This document shows, piece after piece, positions 47,848 to 57,009 of a stretch of DNA of 64,000 nucleotides. The stretch's first letter is position 1. Each line of letters begins with the position of its first letter. Source of the DNA: an uncultured bacterium (GTDB taxonomy: Bacteria; Zixibacteria; MSB-5A5; GN15; FEB-12); contig CBDVDR010000002.1 of assembly GCA_965372795.1 (NCBI GenBank), positions 128,001-192,000 of the forward strand, given 5' to 3'. The position numbers and the translations under genes were made by a program. The notes under the pieces are model-generated. The model did not search any database. It saw nothing but the letters and a program-made list of their open reading frames with translations, and was not told where the DNA came from.

Positions 47848-49365
47848 CTATTTTTTAACAGCATGCATAATATTGCCGTCGTATCCGACCATCCAGCCGG
47901 TTGTTCCATCGAGGAAGAAGATCGAGTTAAACCCGAGATTAAATCCCTGACGGTCGAGATACCAGCTAAAGCCACCGTCGACAGTACGGTAGATATCACC
48001 TTGGGTGTTGACTACCCAGCCATTGAGGGCATCAGCAAACGAGACCGAGACAAAGTGATTGGTTAATCCGCTTCCGGTAAACTGTTTATGCCAGCTTTGG
48101 CCGCCATTGCTGGTGTGCAGAATTGTACCGCTATGTCCGACAACCCAACCGTTGTTGGCGTCTATAAAGGTAACCGCTCTTAAGCTGACTGATAATCCGG
48201 TTTCTTGATCTTCCCAGCTTATTCCGCCGTTGCCGGTGTATGCGATTGTACCGAGATCACCAACTACCCAGCCATAAGTACCTTCTACAAAGGTTACATC
48301 CCAGAGGTTTTGAATAACTTCAGTAAGAATTATGAACCAACCGGATTGCTGGGTCACAATTTCAGTATCAATAATGTTGATGGTGGAATCAGGAATTTCG
48401 TAAATCACAGTATCATTAACTGTGGTGTCGATAACCAGTACAACAGTGTCATACGAAGTGTCAATAATCAGACTGTCCGGATAATAACTGGTAGAATCAA
48501 AAATTGAATCAATAATTAAGTTTGTTGTATCAAAGACGCCATTGAAAATTGTGTCAATAGTAATAGTGACAGTGGTCTCGGCATGGAAGATAGAATCAAT
48601 ATAGAACCAGGAGGTGTCATATACGGGGTCACTTCCGGAGTTAATAACAGAGTCCACGTAATAGAAAGTTGTGTCAATGTTATAAAATTCGGTAGTATCA
48701 AAAAAGAAGAAAGAGTCGAGAAATAAATAAATACTATCAATAGTAAAGTTTATAATCGTATCTTTGAAAACCTGAGTGTCAACACAGGCACTGTCTGTGG
48801 CGTACTTAAAGATTGAGCCGTTTTCGCCAACTGCCCAGCCGCTGTTTGCATCGGAGAAATAAACACCGTTAAGATTAACTCTGATAGGTTCCGAACCGAA
48901 ATAACAGATTTTGAAAGTAGTGTCAATATCCCAGTTTGCTCCGGCATCGGTCGTGTTTAAGATATGACCTCTGGAGCCGACCGCCCAGCCGATATTGTTA
49001 TCTACGAAGTACAGATCGCGAATACTAACATCGGTCCCACTGTTAAGCGGTGTCCAGCGACAATCGGTAAAGTTTGAATCAATAACACCATTGTTATCGG
49101 TAACACAAACAGAATCGACATATTTGATGATCGATCCGTTATCTCCGACCGCCCAGCCATTGGTATTGCTTGTAAAAAATACGGCATGAAGAATATCGGT
49201 ATTAATATCACCGCGCTCCATTGTCCAGTTGACATCAGGTCCGAAAGAAGGACCTAAAATAGTTTCATCATCATCACCGCACCCGGTAAAGATCGTCATA
49301 GATAAAATAACCAGTGCGAAAAGGGATAAAATCCATAGTTTTCTTGAACTTAAGGTGTTGTTCAT
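47848..49365 (-). CDS. YCF48/BNR-type beta-propeller lipoprotein with D-S/T-rich insertion
   Basis: Lipobox FTGC; repeated F.D...GW.VG..G.I..T.DGG..W blades interrupted by about 150 aa of low-complexity sequence. Confidence 0.85.
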   Translation of the reverse strand: MNNTLSSRKLWILSLFALVILSMTIFTGCGDDDETILGPSFGPDVNWTMERGDINTDILHAVFFTSNTNGWAVGDNGSIIKYVDSVCVTDNNGVIDSNFTDCRWTPLNSGTDVSIRDLYFVDNNIGWAVGSRGHILNTTDAGANWDIDTTFKICYFGSEPIRVNLNGVYFSDANSGWAVGENGSIFKYATDSACVDTQVFKDTIINFTIDSIYLFLDSFFFFDTTEFYNIDTTFYYVDSVINSGSDPVYDTSWFYIDSIFHAETTVTITIDTIFNGVFDTTNLIIDSIFDSTSYYPDSLIIDTSYDTVVLVIDTTVNDTVIYEIPDSTINIIDTEIVTQQSGWFIILTEVIQNLWDVTFVEGTYGWVVGDLGTIAYTGNGGISWEDQETGLSVSLRAVTFIDANNGWVVGHSGTILHTSNGGQSWHKQFTGSGLTNHFVSVSFADALNGWVVNTQGDIYRTVDGGFSWYLDRQGFNLGFNSIFFLDGTTGWMVGYDGNIMHAVKK

Positions 49366-49585
49366 AAATCCTCTATCTCCTGAGATATCCGATTAAAATC
49401 TTCAAAATTAGCTCATAATTTACATCAATAAGTGAGTATCTGTCAAGCAAATTTAAGGAAAACAGTAAGTTATTGTGCGGTTCTTGATAAGTATTCATAA
49501 TGTTATGTGAACGAAGGCGGAAAAGGAGTTGTTTAATCATTTATTTTAAAAAAAACAGAGTGTGAAAAGGTGGGTTTCGTAATAA

Positions 49586-50104
49586 CTATTTATCCGACAT
49601 ATGCTTCTTTCTGAAAGAAGCCAGCTTTTTGCCGGCTAAATCGTCTAAAATATTTATTATCCAAATCGCAGCCAGCTCATCAGAGCTATTAACTTCTATC
49701 ATTATATAATCATTCAGCTTAAGGCAGATTGTCTCAGTACTCTCAAAGAAGCATATTTTCAGATCTTTTTGATCGGGTGTTGTTTGTATTTGAGGGGGTT
49801 TTATCGTTTTTCTAAATGGAATAAATTTAACATCTCTTTCAGATGCAGGGGAGGGGATATCCAGATTATTCATAATATTCCAATTTCGACGCGGAGTTGT
49901 GATAACAATAAATATCAGATAGCCATGTCGATCAATTTCGAGGCGGCAGTTTTTAGATTCGAGGTAGGAGAAATATTGACCTGTTTTGGCAAATTGACCA
50001 ATTTGAACGTATAGTTTTTCTTCTTCAATCTGATAAAAACCCCGGCTGAGCCTATTTAGCTTAGTCGGGGCTGATATTCTTAATTTGATTCGATTTAGAG
50101 GCAT
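49586..50104 (-). CDS. Hypothetical protein downstream of cpoB
   Basis: Likely start ATG 50104 (MPLNRIKL) immediately after cpoB stop; two similar E.D/N..G/D.L..I.I beta units. Confidence 0.6.
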   Translation of the reverse strand: MPLNRIKLRISAPTKLNRLSRGFYQIEEEKLYVQIGQFAKTGQYFSYLESKNCRLEIDRHGYLIFIVITTPRRNWNIMNNLDIPSPASERDVKFIPFRKTIKPPQIQTTPDQKDLKICFFESTETICLKLNDYIMIEVNSSDELAAIWIINILDDLAGKKLASFRKKHMSDK

Positions 50105-50105
50105 T

Positions 50106-50885
50106 CTACTTGATGTCTTTAAGTCGTTCCCTGGCTTGTTGAGCTTCCAGTGTTTCAGGATATTCATCAATTAGTTTTTGGAACAATTTTTTTGCTTCAG
50201 CATTTTTACCCAGTTCCTGCTGGGATCGGGCTAATTTATAATATGCCCGTCCAAGATTTGGAGAAGTTTTGAAATCATTGATTAACTTTTCAAATTCAAT
50301 GACAGCATCCGGGTATTTTCCTAAAGCGTAATAACTTTCACCAATCCAGTAATGAGCATTGTCAACCGAGCCATGGGATGTACAGTTTTCAAGAAACTTT
50401 GTAAAACCGTCGATAGCCTGTTGATATTCACCGCGTCTTACCAGAATGAAAGCATCATCATATTTGTTGTCACATTCAAAACCGGTTGGCGAGGTTTGAC
50501 CTCCGGTAGTTTCAGCCGAGTTCTGAGAGGATCCGGGAGAACTTCTGATGATCGTCTTTACATTTTGTTTACGCGAGAGTTCATCAATTTTCTGCAACAG
50601 ATCGTTATAATTTTCAAGCAAAGCTGAAATCTGTCCCTGGATCTCGCCCATAGTGAAATTGACTTCATTACGAAGTTTGTTGTCAGCCTCAGCCGAGTAG
50701 CTGATTATCGAATCCATTCGGGTTACGAGATCCTGAGTTGTTTGATTCTGCTGTTCGACGTTGCGAATTTCTGCTTTTACTTCATCAATGTGTCTTGGAG
50801 TGACACAGTTGGTGAGTATTAAAGCGCAAAATATAACCGCCATTGAAAGAATGGCGGTTATAAAAATATTACGATTTTTAATCAT
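50106..50885 (-). CDS. cpoB: Tol-Pal system protein CpoB/YbgF (lipoprotein form)
   Basis: Lipobox LTNC, coiled coil, TPR domain Y..A......Y..AI..F..FL...NAHYWIGESYY, YP....A..A..RL; follows pal. Confidence 0.88.
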   Translation of the reverse strand: MIKNRNIFITAILSMAVIFCALILTNCVTPRHIDEVKAEIRNVEQQNQTTQDLVTRMDSIISYSAEADNKLRNEVNFTMGEIQGQISALLENYNDLLQKIDELSRKQNVKTIIRSSPGSSQNSAETTGGQTSPTGFECDNKYDDAFILVRRGEYQQAIDGFTKFLENCTSHGSVDNAHYWIGESYYALGKYPDAVIEFEKLINDFKTSPNLGRAYYKLARSQQELGKNAEAKKLFQKLIDEYPETLEAQQARERLKDIK

Positions 50886-50902
50886 ATTTAATCTTACTTA
50901 AG

Positions 50903-51421
50903 TTATTGTGAAACAATGCGGAATTCACAACGACGATTTTTAGCCCAGGCATCTTCGGTCTGACCTCTGTCAGCCGGGCGTTCTTTACCAAAGCTGAGAG
51001 TTGAGATACGGTTTTCCGGGATTCCCAGCCCTATGAGATAATCCATGGCTGCTTTGGCTCTTTTTTCGCCGAGTGAAAGGTTGTATTCCACAGTACCACG
51101 TTCATCACAATGACCTTCAATTTTAATGATGGCATCGGAGAATTCCTGGAGCAGTTCATAGTTTTTGTCCAGAGCCGATCTGGCATCATTGCGAAGGTTG
51201 TGTTTATCAAAATCAAAGTACAAGGTTACAAGCTGTGATTCTTTCATCTTTGGCGGTGGAGGCGGAGGCGGTGGTGGCGGTGGTGGCGGCGGCGGTGGTG
51301 GTTCGACCGGTTGTTCAATTGGTGCTTCATCAACAATTGGCGCTTTTTTGCCACAAGAGACGTTAAAAATTATGGCAAAGGTCATCAGTCCGATAACTGC
51401 CAATAGTCCAATTCTTTTCAT
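50903..51421 (-). CDS. pal: Peptidoglycan-associated lipoprotein with 17-Pro linker
   Basis: Lipobox VSC-GKK; YFDFDK, IEGHCDERGT.EYNL.LGEKRA, S.GKERP, AWAKNRR; start ATG 51421. Confidence 0.95.
   Translation of the reverse strand: MKRIGLLAVIGLMTFAIIFNVSCGKKAPIVDEAPIEQPVEPPPPPPPPPPPPPPPPPKMKESQLVTLYFDFDKHNLRNDARSALDKNYELLQEFSDAIIKIEGHCDERGTVEYNLSLGEKRAKAAMDYLIGLGIPENRISTLSFGKERPADRGQTEDAWAKNRRCEFRIVSQ
51251..51301 (-). repeat. (CCN)17 polyproline-coding tract in pal
   Basis: 17 consecutive Pro codons mixing CCA/CCG/CCT. Confidence 0.95.
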
Positions 51422-51604
51422 TTGATTTTCCTTCCATGTATAGAACATATTCTTTTATTCTTTTTTCAATGTAACCAATTTAAGAGATGAAAAAAACATG
51501 GTCAATAAAAAAACTGCTAAAAGCAGTTTTTTTTGCATCAAGCAGTTTTTTAAATTTCCAGTATTCGGACGTAAATATAGGACTTTATGACACTTGATTC
51601 ATTT

Positions 51605-52933
51605 TTAATGAAGGGGTCCCCAGACAGGATTTGAGCAATTTCCGTATCTTGTTAATCTTCTCTGGTTGCGGCCGGTAATATCCATTGTGAAAATGTCCTG
51701 TGGTCCGAGCCGGGTAGAGGAAAAGATAATATGTTTACCATCAGGCGAGAAGTGGGGGTTTTCATTCATGCCGACTTCAGTTAAAACCCTGAAATCTGCT
51801 CCGGAAGTGTCAATTGAAGCCAGATCGAAGCGTCCAAACTTGGTTCGACTGACAAAAGTCAGCCGGTCACCATGCTGGGACCAGATCGGTGAATCATTAT
51901 ATCGTCCTTCATAAGTCAAACGGCGGACGTTTAAGCCGAAGGAATCCATAATATAGATTTGAGGCCGTCCGGTTCGGTCGGAGACAAAGGCGATATGTTT
52001 GCCATTCGGCGACCAGGTGGGCGAGGTGTCAATGGCGCGATGTCGGGTAAGTCTTTTGATGACTTTGCCTTCCAAGTCGAGCAGGTAAATTTCGGAATTA
52101 CCATCTTTAGACAAAACACAGGCGATTTTATCACCATCGGGTGACATAGAAGGCGCGCCCATCATTCCGGGAAAATCACCTATTTTTTTTGTTATTAAGC
52201 TGTTGACATCAACGCTGTACAATTGCGGATCCCCGTGCATGTAGCTGGTAAAGAAAACAAATTTTCCATCGGGAGAAAATGAGGGAGAGATATTTATAGA
52301 CTGATTATTGGTCAGTTGTCTTTCGTTGGCACCGTCAAAGTCAGAGATATAGAGTTCTTTATTTTCCCCATTTCGTTTTGCGTAGACAATTTTAGAGAAG
52401 AATATGCCGGTTTCGCCAGTTAGCGTTTTGACGACTTCGTTGGCAATTTCATGTCCGAGCAGCCGCCATTCACTTTTTCTTTTTTCAACTTTTCCGCGGG
52501 CAAATTGTTGTTTTCTAATGGTGTCGACTAAGCTCCAGCGGACCCTGATATTTTTTCCCGGAAACTCGGCTTCAAGCCTGATCAGGTAAGTTGCTCCAAG
52601 TCGTGACCAGCCTAAAGCGTCAAGTTCGGTGATTTCATAAGTTTTCATATAGAAACTGTCAATCAGAATGAGTTCGAAATCAGCATAAAAGTCGATGTCA
52701 AATTGAACTACAGCTGTGATGTATCGCATGAGGGTAGAATCGTTCCGGCTGATATATTGATTTCCGATGTATTTCATTTCGTCGACACCGATTGGAGTAG
52801 AAGAGACATCGCCGGTACGAAGCGTGTCAAACAGATATTCGAATACTTCCTGTTCACTGTCCTGAGCCGAAGGGGAAGAGATTATGATTAAGAATAATAA
52901 AAATATTAGTGTGCAAATCCTGGTGGCTTTCAT
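51605..52933 (-). CDS. tolB: Tol-Pal beta-propeller protein TolB
   Basis: H.IANEVV..LTGETG.F.SKI, D.DGAN, PD40 repeats SP.FSPDG/P.WSP.G. Confidence 0.92.
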   Translation of the reverse strand: MKATRICTLIFLLFLIIISSPSAQDSEQEVFEYLFDTLRTGDVSSTPIGVDEMKYIGNQYISRNDSTLMRYITAVVQFDIDFYADFELILIDSFYMKTYEITELDALGWSRLGATYLIRLEAEFPGKNIRVRWSLVDTIRKQQFARGKVEKRKSEWRLLGHEIANEVVKTLTGETGIFFSKIVYAKRNGENKELYISDFDGANERQLTNNQSINISPSFSPDGKFVFFTSYMHGDPQLYSVDVNSLITKKIGDFPGMMGAPSMSPDGDKIACVLSKDGNSEIYLLDLEGKVIKRLTRHRAIDTSPTWSPNGKHIAFVSDRTGRPQIYIMDSFGLNVRRLTYEGRYNDSPIWSQHGDRLTFVSRTKFGRFDLASIDTSGADFRVLTEVGMNENPHFSPDGKHIIFSSTRLGPQDIFTMDITGRNQRRLTRYGNCSNPVWGPLH

Positions 52934-52947
52934 CGAGACCTCATTAT

Positions 52948-53661
52948 TTATGGTTTATATTGGAAAGGTAAAGTTATTCCGATTATTTCATCGACAAATT
53001 TATTAGGCAAAGGCGGGAATGGGGCAGCATTTTGTACGGCAAGAATACAGGCATTATCAAAGGCGATAATTTCAGATGAATTCACAACTTTTACTTCGAC
53101 CAATCTTCCCGATTTAATGACTTGAAAATAAATAGTACAGGTAATCGAAATATCGATAGCAATCGGGTTGCGCCAGTTGCGTCTGATTTTCTGGAAAGCT
53201 TGAGTAAACCAATAGGGATAATTAAATGATGCATTATCAATGGTGACACCTCCAAACGGAGTCCCCGCTCCGGTTCCGGGGGCGTCGACTTCTTTTTGGG
53301 TGCCGGTGGCGTTTTCGGTTTGTCCAGAGACCGGTTTGGTTATTTTCTTTTTTGGTTTATCGGGTTTTGGTTTCAGTTTGTCTTTTGGTTTTGGCGGTTC
53401 TTCTTTGGGAATGATAGCTTCAGGGAGAGTAGTCGGGTCATCAATCGGAATTTCAGGCATGGCTTCGTCAATAGCTTCCGGTACAATCGGCGCCGGGATT
53501 GGAGCCGGTTCATCAAATGACAGTTCGGGCATGGCGGTAAGAGATACTTTAATCACATTATCGAAGGTCTGTTTCTTTCCAATGTCAAACGGAGTAGTCG
53601 CAACCATAAACAGAACAATAATTAAATGAAGGATTAATGATAAGGTGATATCGAGTTTCAT
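52948..53661 (-). CDS. tolA: TolA/TonB family energy transducer
   Basis: N-terminal S..LH TM motif, Pro/Lys-rich linker, TonB_C-like I.RNW..P...SG.....S....FD.....AV..AAPFP.LP; position in tol operon. Confidence 0.8.
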   Translation of the reverse strand: MKLDITLSLILHLIIVLFMVATTPFDIGKKQTFDNVIKVSLTAMPELSFDEPAPIPAPIVPEAIDEAMPEIPIDDPTTLPEAIIPKEEPPKPKDKLKPKPDKPKKKITKPVSGQTENATGTQKEVDAPGTGAGTPFGGVTIDNASFNYPYWFTQAFQKIRRNWRNPIAIDISITCTIYFQVIKSGRLVEVKVVNSSEIIAFDNACILAVQNAAPFPPLPNKFVDEIIGITLPFQYKP

Positions 53662-53665
53662 CGGT

Positions 53666-54091
53666 CTACCGTTTACTTTTCTTTTTATCCTCTTGAGAGG
53701 TTATCAGGCTGATGCCATCAATGCCCATATCTTTCATTCTTCCGATAACGGCAATAGCAGTGCCATAATCAACGGCTGAGTCTCCACGAAGGTACACTGA
53801 TGATGTGTTTTTGGCTGACAATTCTTTTTCAAGAGCAACCTCAAAATTTTCCAATCGGGACCAGACATCATTAATATAGATTCCATTTTTAGCATCAATG
53901 GTAACAACAACACCATCGGCTTCTTCTTCAACCGCAGCTGCTTTGGTTTTGGGGAGGTTGACTTCAATGCCTGATTGGAGTAAAGGGGCTGATATCATAA
54001 ATATAATAAGCAGAACCAGCACAACATCAACTAAGTTGGTGATATTGATTTCCGCCATGGCTCCATAGGTTCTGTGGCGGGGTCTACGCAT
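53666..54091 (-). CDS. tolR: TolR/ExbD
   Basis: EINITNLVDVVLVLLIIFMI.APL, V.LP, LRGD..V.YG. Confidence 0.88.
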   Translation of the reverse strand: MRRPRHRTYGAMAEINITNLVDVVLVLLIIFMISAPLLQSGIEVNLPKTKAAAVEEEADGVVVTIDAKNGIYINDVWSRLENFEVALEKELSAKNTSSVYLRGDSAVDYGTAIAVIGRMKDMGIDGISLITSQEDKKKSKR

Positions 54092-54807
54092 TAGAGAGTC
54101 TCCTTTTTAGCTTTACTCATAAATTCAATAATAAAATTGTTGGCGGTATCACTGATGACTTTCATTTTATTATTTGCCCAGTTAAATGCGATTACCGCCG
54201 GAATGGCAGCGCCCAAGCCAACAATAGTAGCCAGTAAGGCTTCGGCAATACCCGGGGCAACAACAGCAAGCGAGGCTGAGCCACGTTCGCCGATTGACCA
54301 GAAAGAATCCATAATACCAACGACCGTACCGAGGAGTCCTAAAAACGGGGCAGCATTAGCCGTTGTGGCAAGGAAAATGACCTGTTTTTCAAGAATTGCC
54401 ATTTGTTCGGTCAGTGTTTTTTCCATGCTTAGTTCTATTATTTCAAAATCATCATTTTTGAGAGGATTAAATTTCTCTTGTAATCCACCGCCTTCATTTT
54501 TCATTTCATTCAGGCTGTTCATTTCCGTAAAACCGGATTCAAAAATGTTTGAGAATGGTGACTGGCTATGAGATTTTGCCTGTCCGATAGAATCAGCCAA
54601 TTTTCTTGAGCCTCGGAAATATTTCAAAAAGCGGTTGTTATCATGTTCAACAGCACGGTATTGACGCCATTTGTGAAAAATAATAACCCATGAGATAACA
54701 GACATTGAAGCGAGGACTAAAAGGATAAAAATGCCAAAGACAGATGAATTTCCAATAATCTGCCAGACTGATCCGGAAAAAATTCCGGGAAGTATTAATG
54801 TATTCAT
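54091..54807 (-). CDS. tolQ: TolQ/ExbB proton channel
   Basis: L...S..SW, LAT....APFLGLLGTV.GI..SF, VAPGIAEAL.AT..GL.AAIPA. Confidence 0.9.
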   Translation of the reverse strand: MNTLILPGIFSGSVWQIIGNSSVFGIFILLVLASMSVISWVIIFHKWRQYRAVEHDNNRFLKYFRGSRKLADSIGQAKSHSQSPFSNIFESGFTEMNSLNEMKNEGGGLQEKFNPLKNDDFEIIELSMEKTLTEQMAILEKQVIFLATTANAAPFLGLLGTVVGIMDSFWSIGERGSASLAVVAPGIAEALLATIVGLGAAIPAVIAFNWANNKMKVISDTANNFIIEFMSKAKKETL

Positions 54808-54941
54808 ACTTGTTGTACGCTCGTACCTTTCAAAAGTTTACTGCAACTGACCAGTCGCAATTATTCTCCTTAATTCAGTCAGAATATATACCGATGATAA
54901 ATGGAATCGTCAACAAAAAGAAATTTGAGAAACTTGAATAA

Positions 54942-55028
54942 GACACTTCGTTTTTATGGGGCAGACGAGCACACAGCAGGGCTAAAAAAAACAGATTCAC
55001 CCCCAAACAAGTTTGAGGGTGCCACCCG
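54942..55028. repeat. REP-like cluster related to the 27-29 kb elements
   Basis: ACACTTCGT; TTATGGGGCAGACGAG (15/16 with 27315-27330); CACCCCCAAAC-AA-GTTTGAGGGTG-CCACCCG sharing the GCCACCCG end of 29007-29014. Confidence 0.6.
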
Positions 55029-55052
55029 ACGCCCACACAAAACATTTAAAAA

Positions 55053-55079
55053 AAAAGCCTCTCAAAATGAGAGGCTTTT
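55053..55079 (-). terminator. Intrinsic terminator of glmL-like operon
   Basis: AAAAGCCTCTCA-AAA-TGAGAGGCTTTT. Confidence 0.8.
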
Positions 55080-55098
55080 AAAATATTAGAAAATAATA

Positions 55099-56223
55099 TT
55101 AGTCTTCGATCATTTCCACGTTAGCGCGAGGGATAATGGCTCTTTTTCCATCCTCAAATTCTACTTCAAGCACGCGAGCCTTTGATTCGGATTCAAGAAC
55201 ATGAAGCGGGGAAGGAAGGTCTGTGACCGACCCAATCTTTCCAAAATATGGATGACGGATCACACGAACCGGAGTACCGGTTTTTAAGCCCTGGATTTCT
55301 GTGTCAGCTTCCGAAGTATCAATCCGTTCTTCGGTTGATGGAATTACAACTTCCGGTCTGATAACACCGGCACGAATCTGGGTGGCACCGTTGATGCAAG
55401 CCATTTCGCCTTCATGTTTTTTCAGAAGGTCAAAAGTTTTTGAAGCCATGTTGATTTCTCCAAAACCTTCGGTTACAACTAAAGTAACAGAGATATCTTC
55501 TGAACCGGTAATGGCAACACCGATGTCGTAGCCAAGGAAATCACGCAAGTCTTTGTCATTAAAACCACCAACAACGATCCCTTTGGCGCCGACTTCAATA
55601 GCTTTTTGCAAAGCTCCGGCAGTTACAAGAGAACCGCCAACAATGACTTTATCTTTCATGTCAGGATTTATTAAATCTTCTGTTAGCACGGTGGCATTGT
55701 CAGGGGTGGCGATAACGATATTTCCATAAGTTTCACCGCCGATACCAAAGATTCCCTGAACAAAAGAAGCATTACAAGTGACAACTACGCCTTCGTTGGG
55801 GATGACTTCGGTCACTTCACCGCGAAGATAAGCTTTGACTTCAACCGGGACCGGTAGTCCGCGTTGGAGGATTTGGCCGGTAATATGAGAAACAGATTCC
55901 AGAGTACCATTGATTGTAGCTTCAGCCGAAGAAGAGAAGAATTTAATAAATGATTTTTTAATTGCGATAGCTTCGCCTTCTTTAATTGTGTCGCCCTCTT
56001 TTTTAACCATGACCATTTCGAGATCTTCAGGAGGTAATCCAAGTTTGTTGGCTATATTCAGAGGAACTACATTACCGGGTAGGTGAGTACGAGCCACAAC
56101 AACATCGGGGGTAACTTTGTCGCCAACTTTTACCACTACATCACCCTTGAGGGGGAGGATGCGACTTTTTTGAACCAGTAATTTTTCGGTGACTTTGAGT
56201 CCCGGAGTATAGGCATGTGCCAT
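55099..56223 (-). CDS. Hypothetical protein with barrel-sandwich-hybrid-like motifs and C-terminal KOW/SH3-like domain
   Basis: VKVGDKV, KKEGDTIKEGEAIA, ATINGTLESV, AYLRGEVTEV; VQGIFGIGGE, GAKGIVVGG, VTEGFG, TQIRAGVIRPE; G..VRVIR.PYFG..G.V. Confidence 0.75.
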   Translation of the reverse strand: MAHAYTPGLKVTEKLLVQKSRILPLKGDVVVKVGDKVTPDVVVARTHLPGNVVPLNIANKLGLPPEDLEMVMVKKEGDTIKEGEAIAIKKSFIKFFSSSAEATINGTLESVSHITGQILQRGLPVPVEVKAYLRGEVTEVIPNEGVVVTCNASFVQGIFGIGGETYGNIVIATPDNATVLTEDLINPDMKDKVIVGGSLVTAGALQKAIEVGAKGIVVGGFNDKDLRDFLGYDIGVAITGSEDISVTLVVTEGFGEINMASKTFDLLKKHEGEMACINGATQIRAGVIRPEVVIPSTEERIDTSEADTEIQGLKTGTPVRVIRHPYFGKIGSVTDLPSPLHVLESESKARVLEVEFEDGKRAIIPRANVEMIED

Positions 56224-56250
56224 AGGTTTAAACCTTCCTAAATTCTTATA

Positions 56251-57006
56251 TTATGATCGAGCTTTTTTTCTTTTTTTAATAACAATAAATAAAACAACAG
56301 CAATCGCCACAAAGATAGCAACTTTCGAACCGTTGCTGCTGCCATCATCGGAGTCAGTTCCTGTTTCAATATCAGCAATTTTCACATTCTCTTTTGGAAG
56401 CGCCGCATCGACGTTTTCATCAGAGAAGGTGTTTACCATATCATAAAAGTCATTTTTACTTGTTTCAAAGAGCGAGTCAGGAGAATAGAAGAAGAATTTT
56501 GCAATTCCCCGGTTATAGAATTTGAACATTAAGAGATTCTTTTTAAAAGATTCTGCTTTTTGAGACACATCGTTTAAAACCGAAACGATCTTTTTTTCTT
56601 TGTCATAGTTGGGTGCGTTTGATTTGAGATCGGTCAGGTAGTTTGCGACCGGAAAGTATTTAAGATCCTCACCGAATAGCTTAGTCATGGTTGCGAGGAC
56701 CGAGTCAATTTGTTTATCTGACAGTTGTCCGATTTTGTCGTAGGTCAAAAACAGATATTCGCCATTATAAAAGGGGTCGTTTGTTTTGGGAGCAAAAACC
56801 GCATCATAGTAAAAACTGGCATCACCGACGTTGTTCTGTGCTAAGTACAAATCGACCGTTGGGTAATCAATTTTCACCCAGTCATCAGGGAGATTAAAAT
56901 AAAACTCGCCGCTTAAACTGACATAGTTTTTTGCAAACGAACTTGTCAGAGTTACAGTTATTAATACTATTACTACAATTGTAAGCAGTTTAATAAAAGC
57001 TCTCAT
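56251..57006 (-). CDS. Exported hypothetical protein with C-terminal TM anchor and basic tail
   Basis: Signal peptide, F.LPDDW, acidic linker, VAIFVAIAVVLFIVI-KKRKKARS. Confidence 0.75.
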   Translation of the reverse strand: MRAFIKLLTIVVIVLITVTLTSSFAKNYVSLSGEFYFNLPDDWVKIDYPTVDLYLAQNNVGDASFYYDAVFAPKTNDPFYNGEYLFLTYDKIGQLSDKQIDSVLATMTKLFGEDLKYFPVANYLTDLKSNAPNYDKEKKIVSVLNDVSQKAESFKKNLLMFKFYNRGIAKFFFYSPDSLFETSKNDFYDMVNTFSDENVDAALPKENVKIADIETGTDSDDGSSNGSKVAIFVAIAVVLFIVIKKRKKARS

Positions 57007-57009
57007 ACA

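Noticed and set aside
50105..50170. 65-nt overlap between cpoB and the downstream ORF
   Set aside because: An ATG at 50104 directly after the cpoB stop removes the overlap
51165..51425. Poly-Gly protein on + strand
   Set aside because: Antisense shadow of the pal polyproline tract
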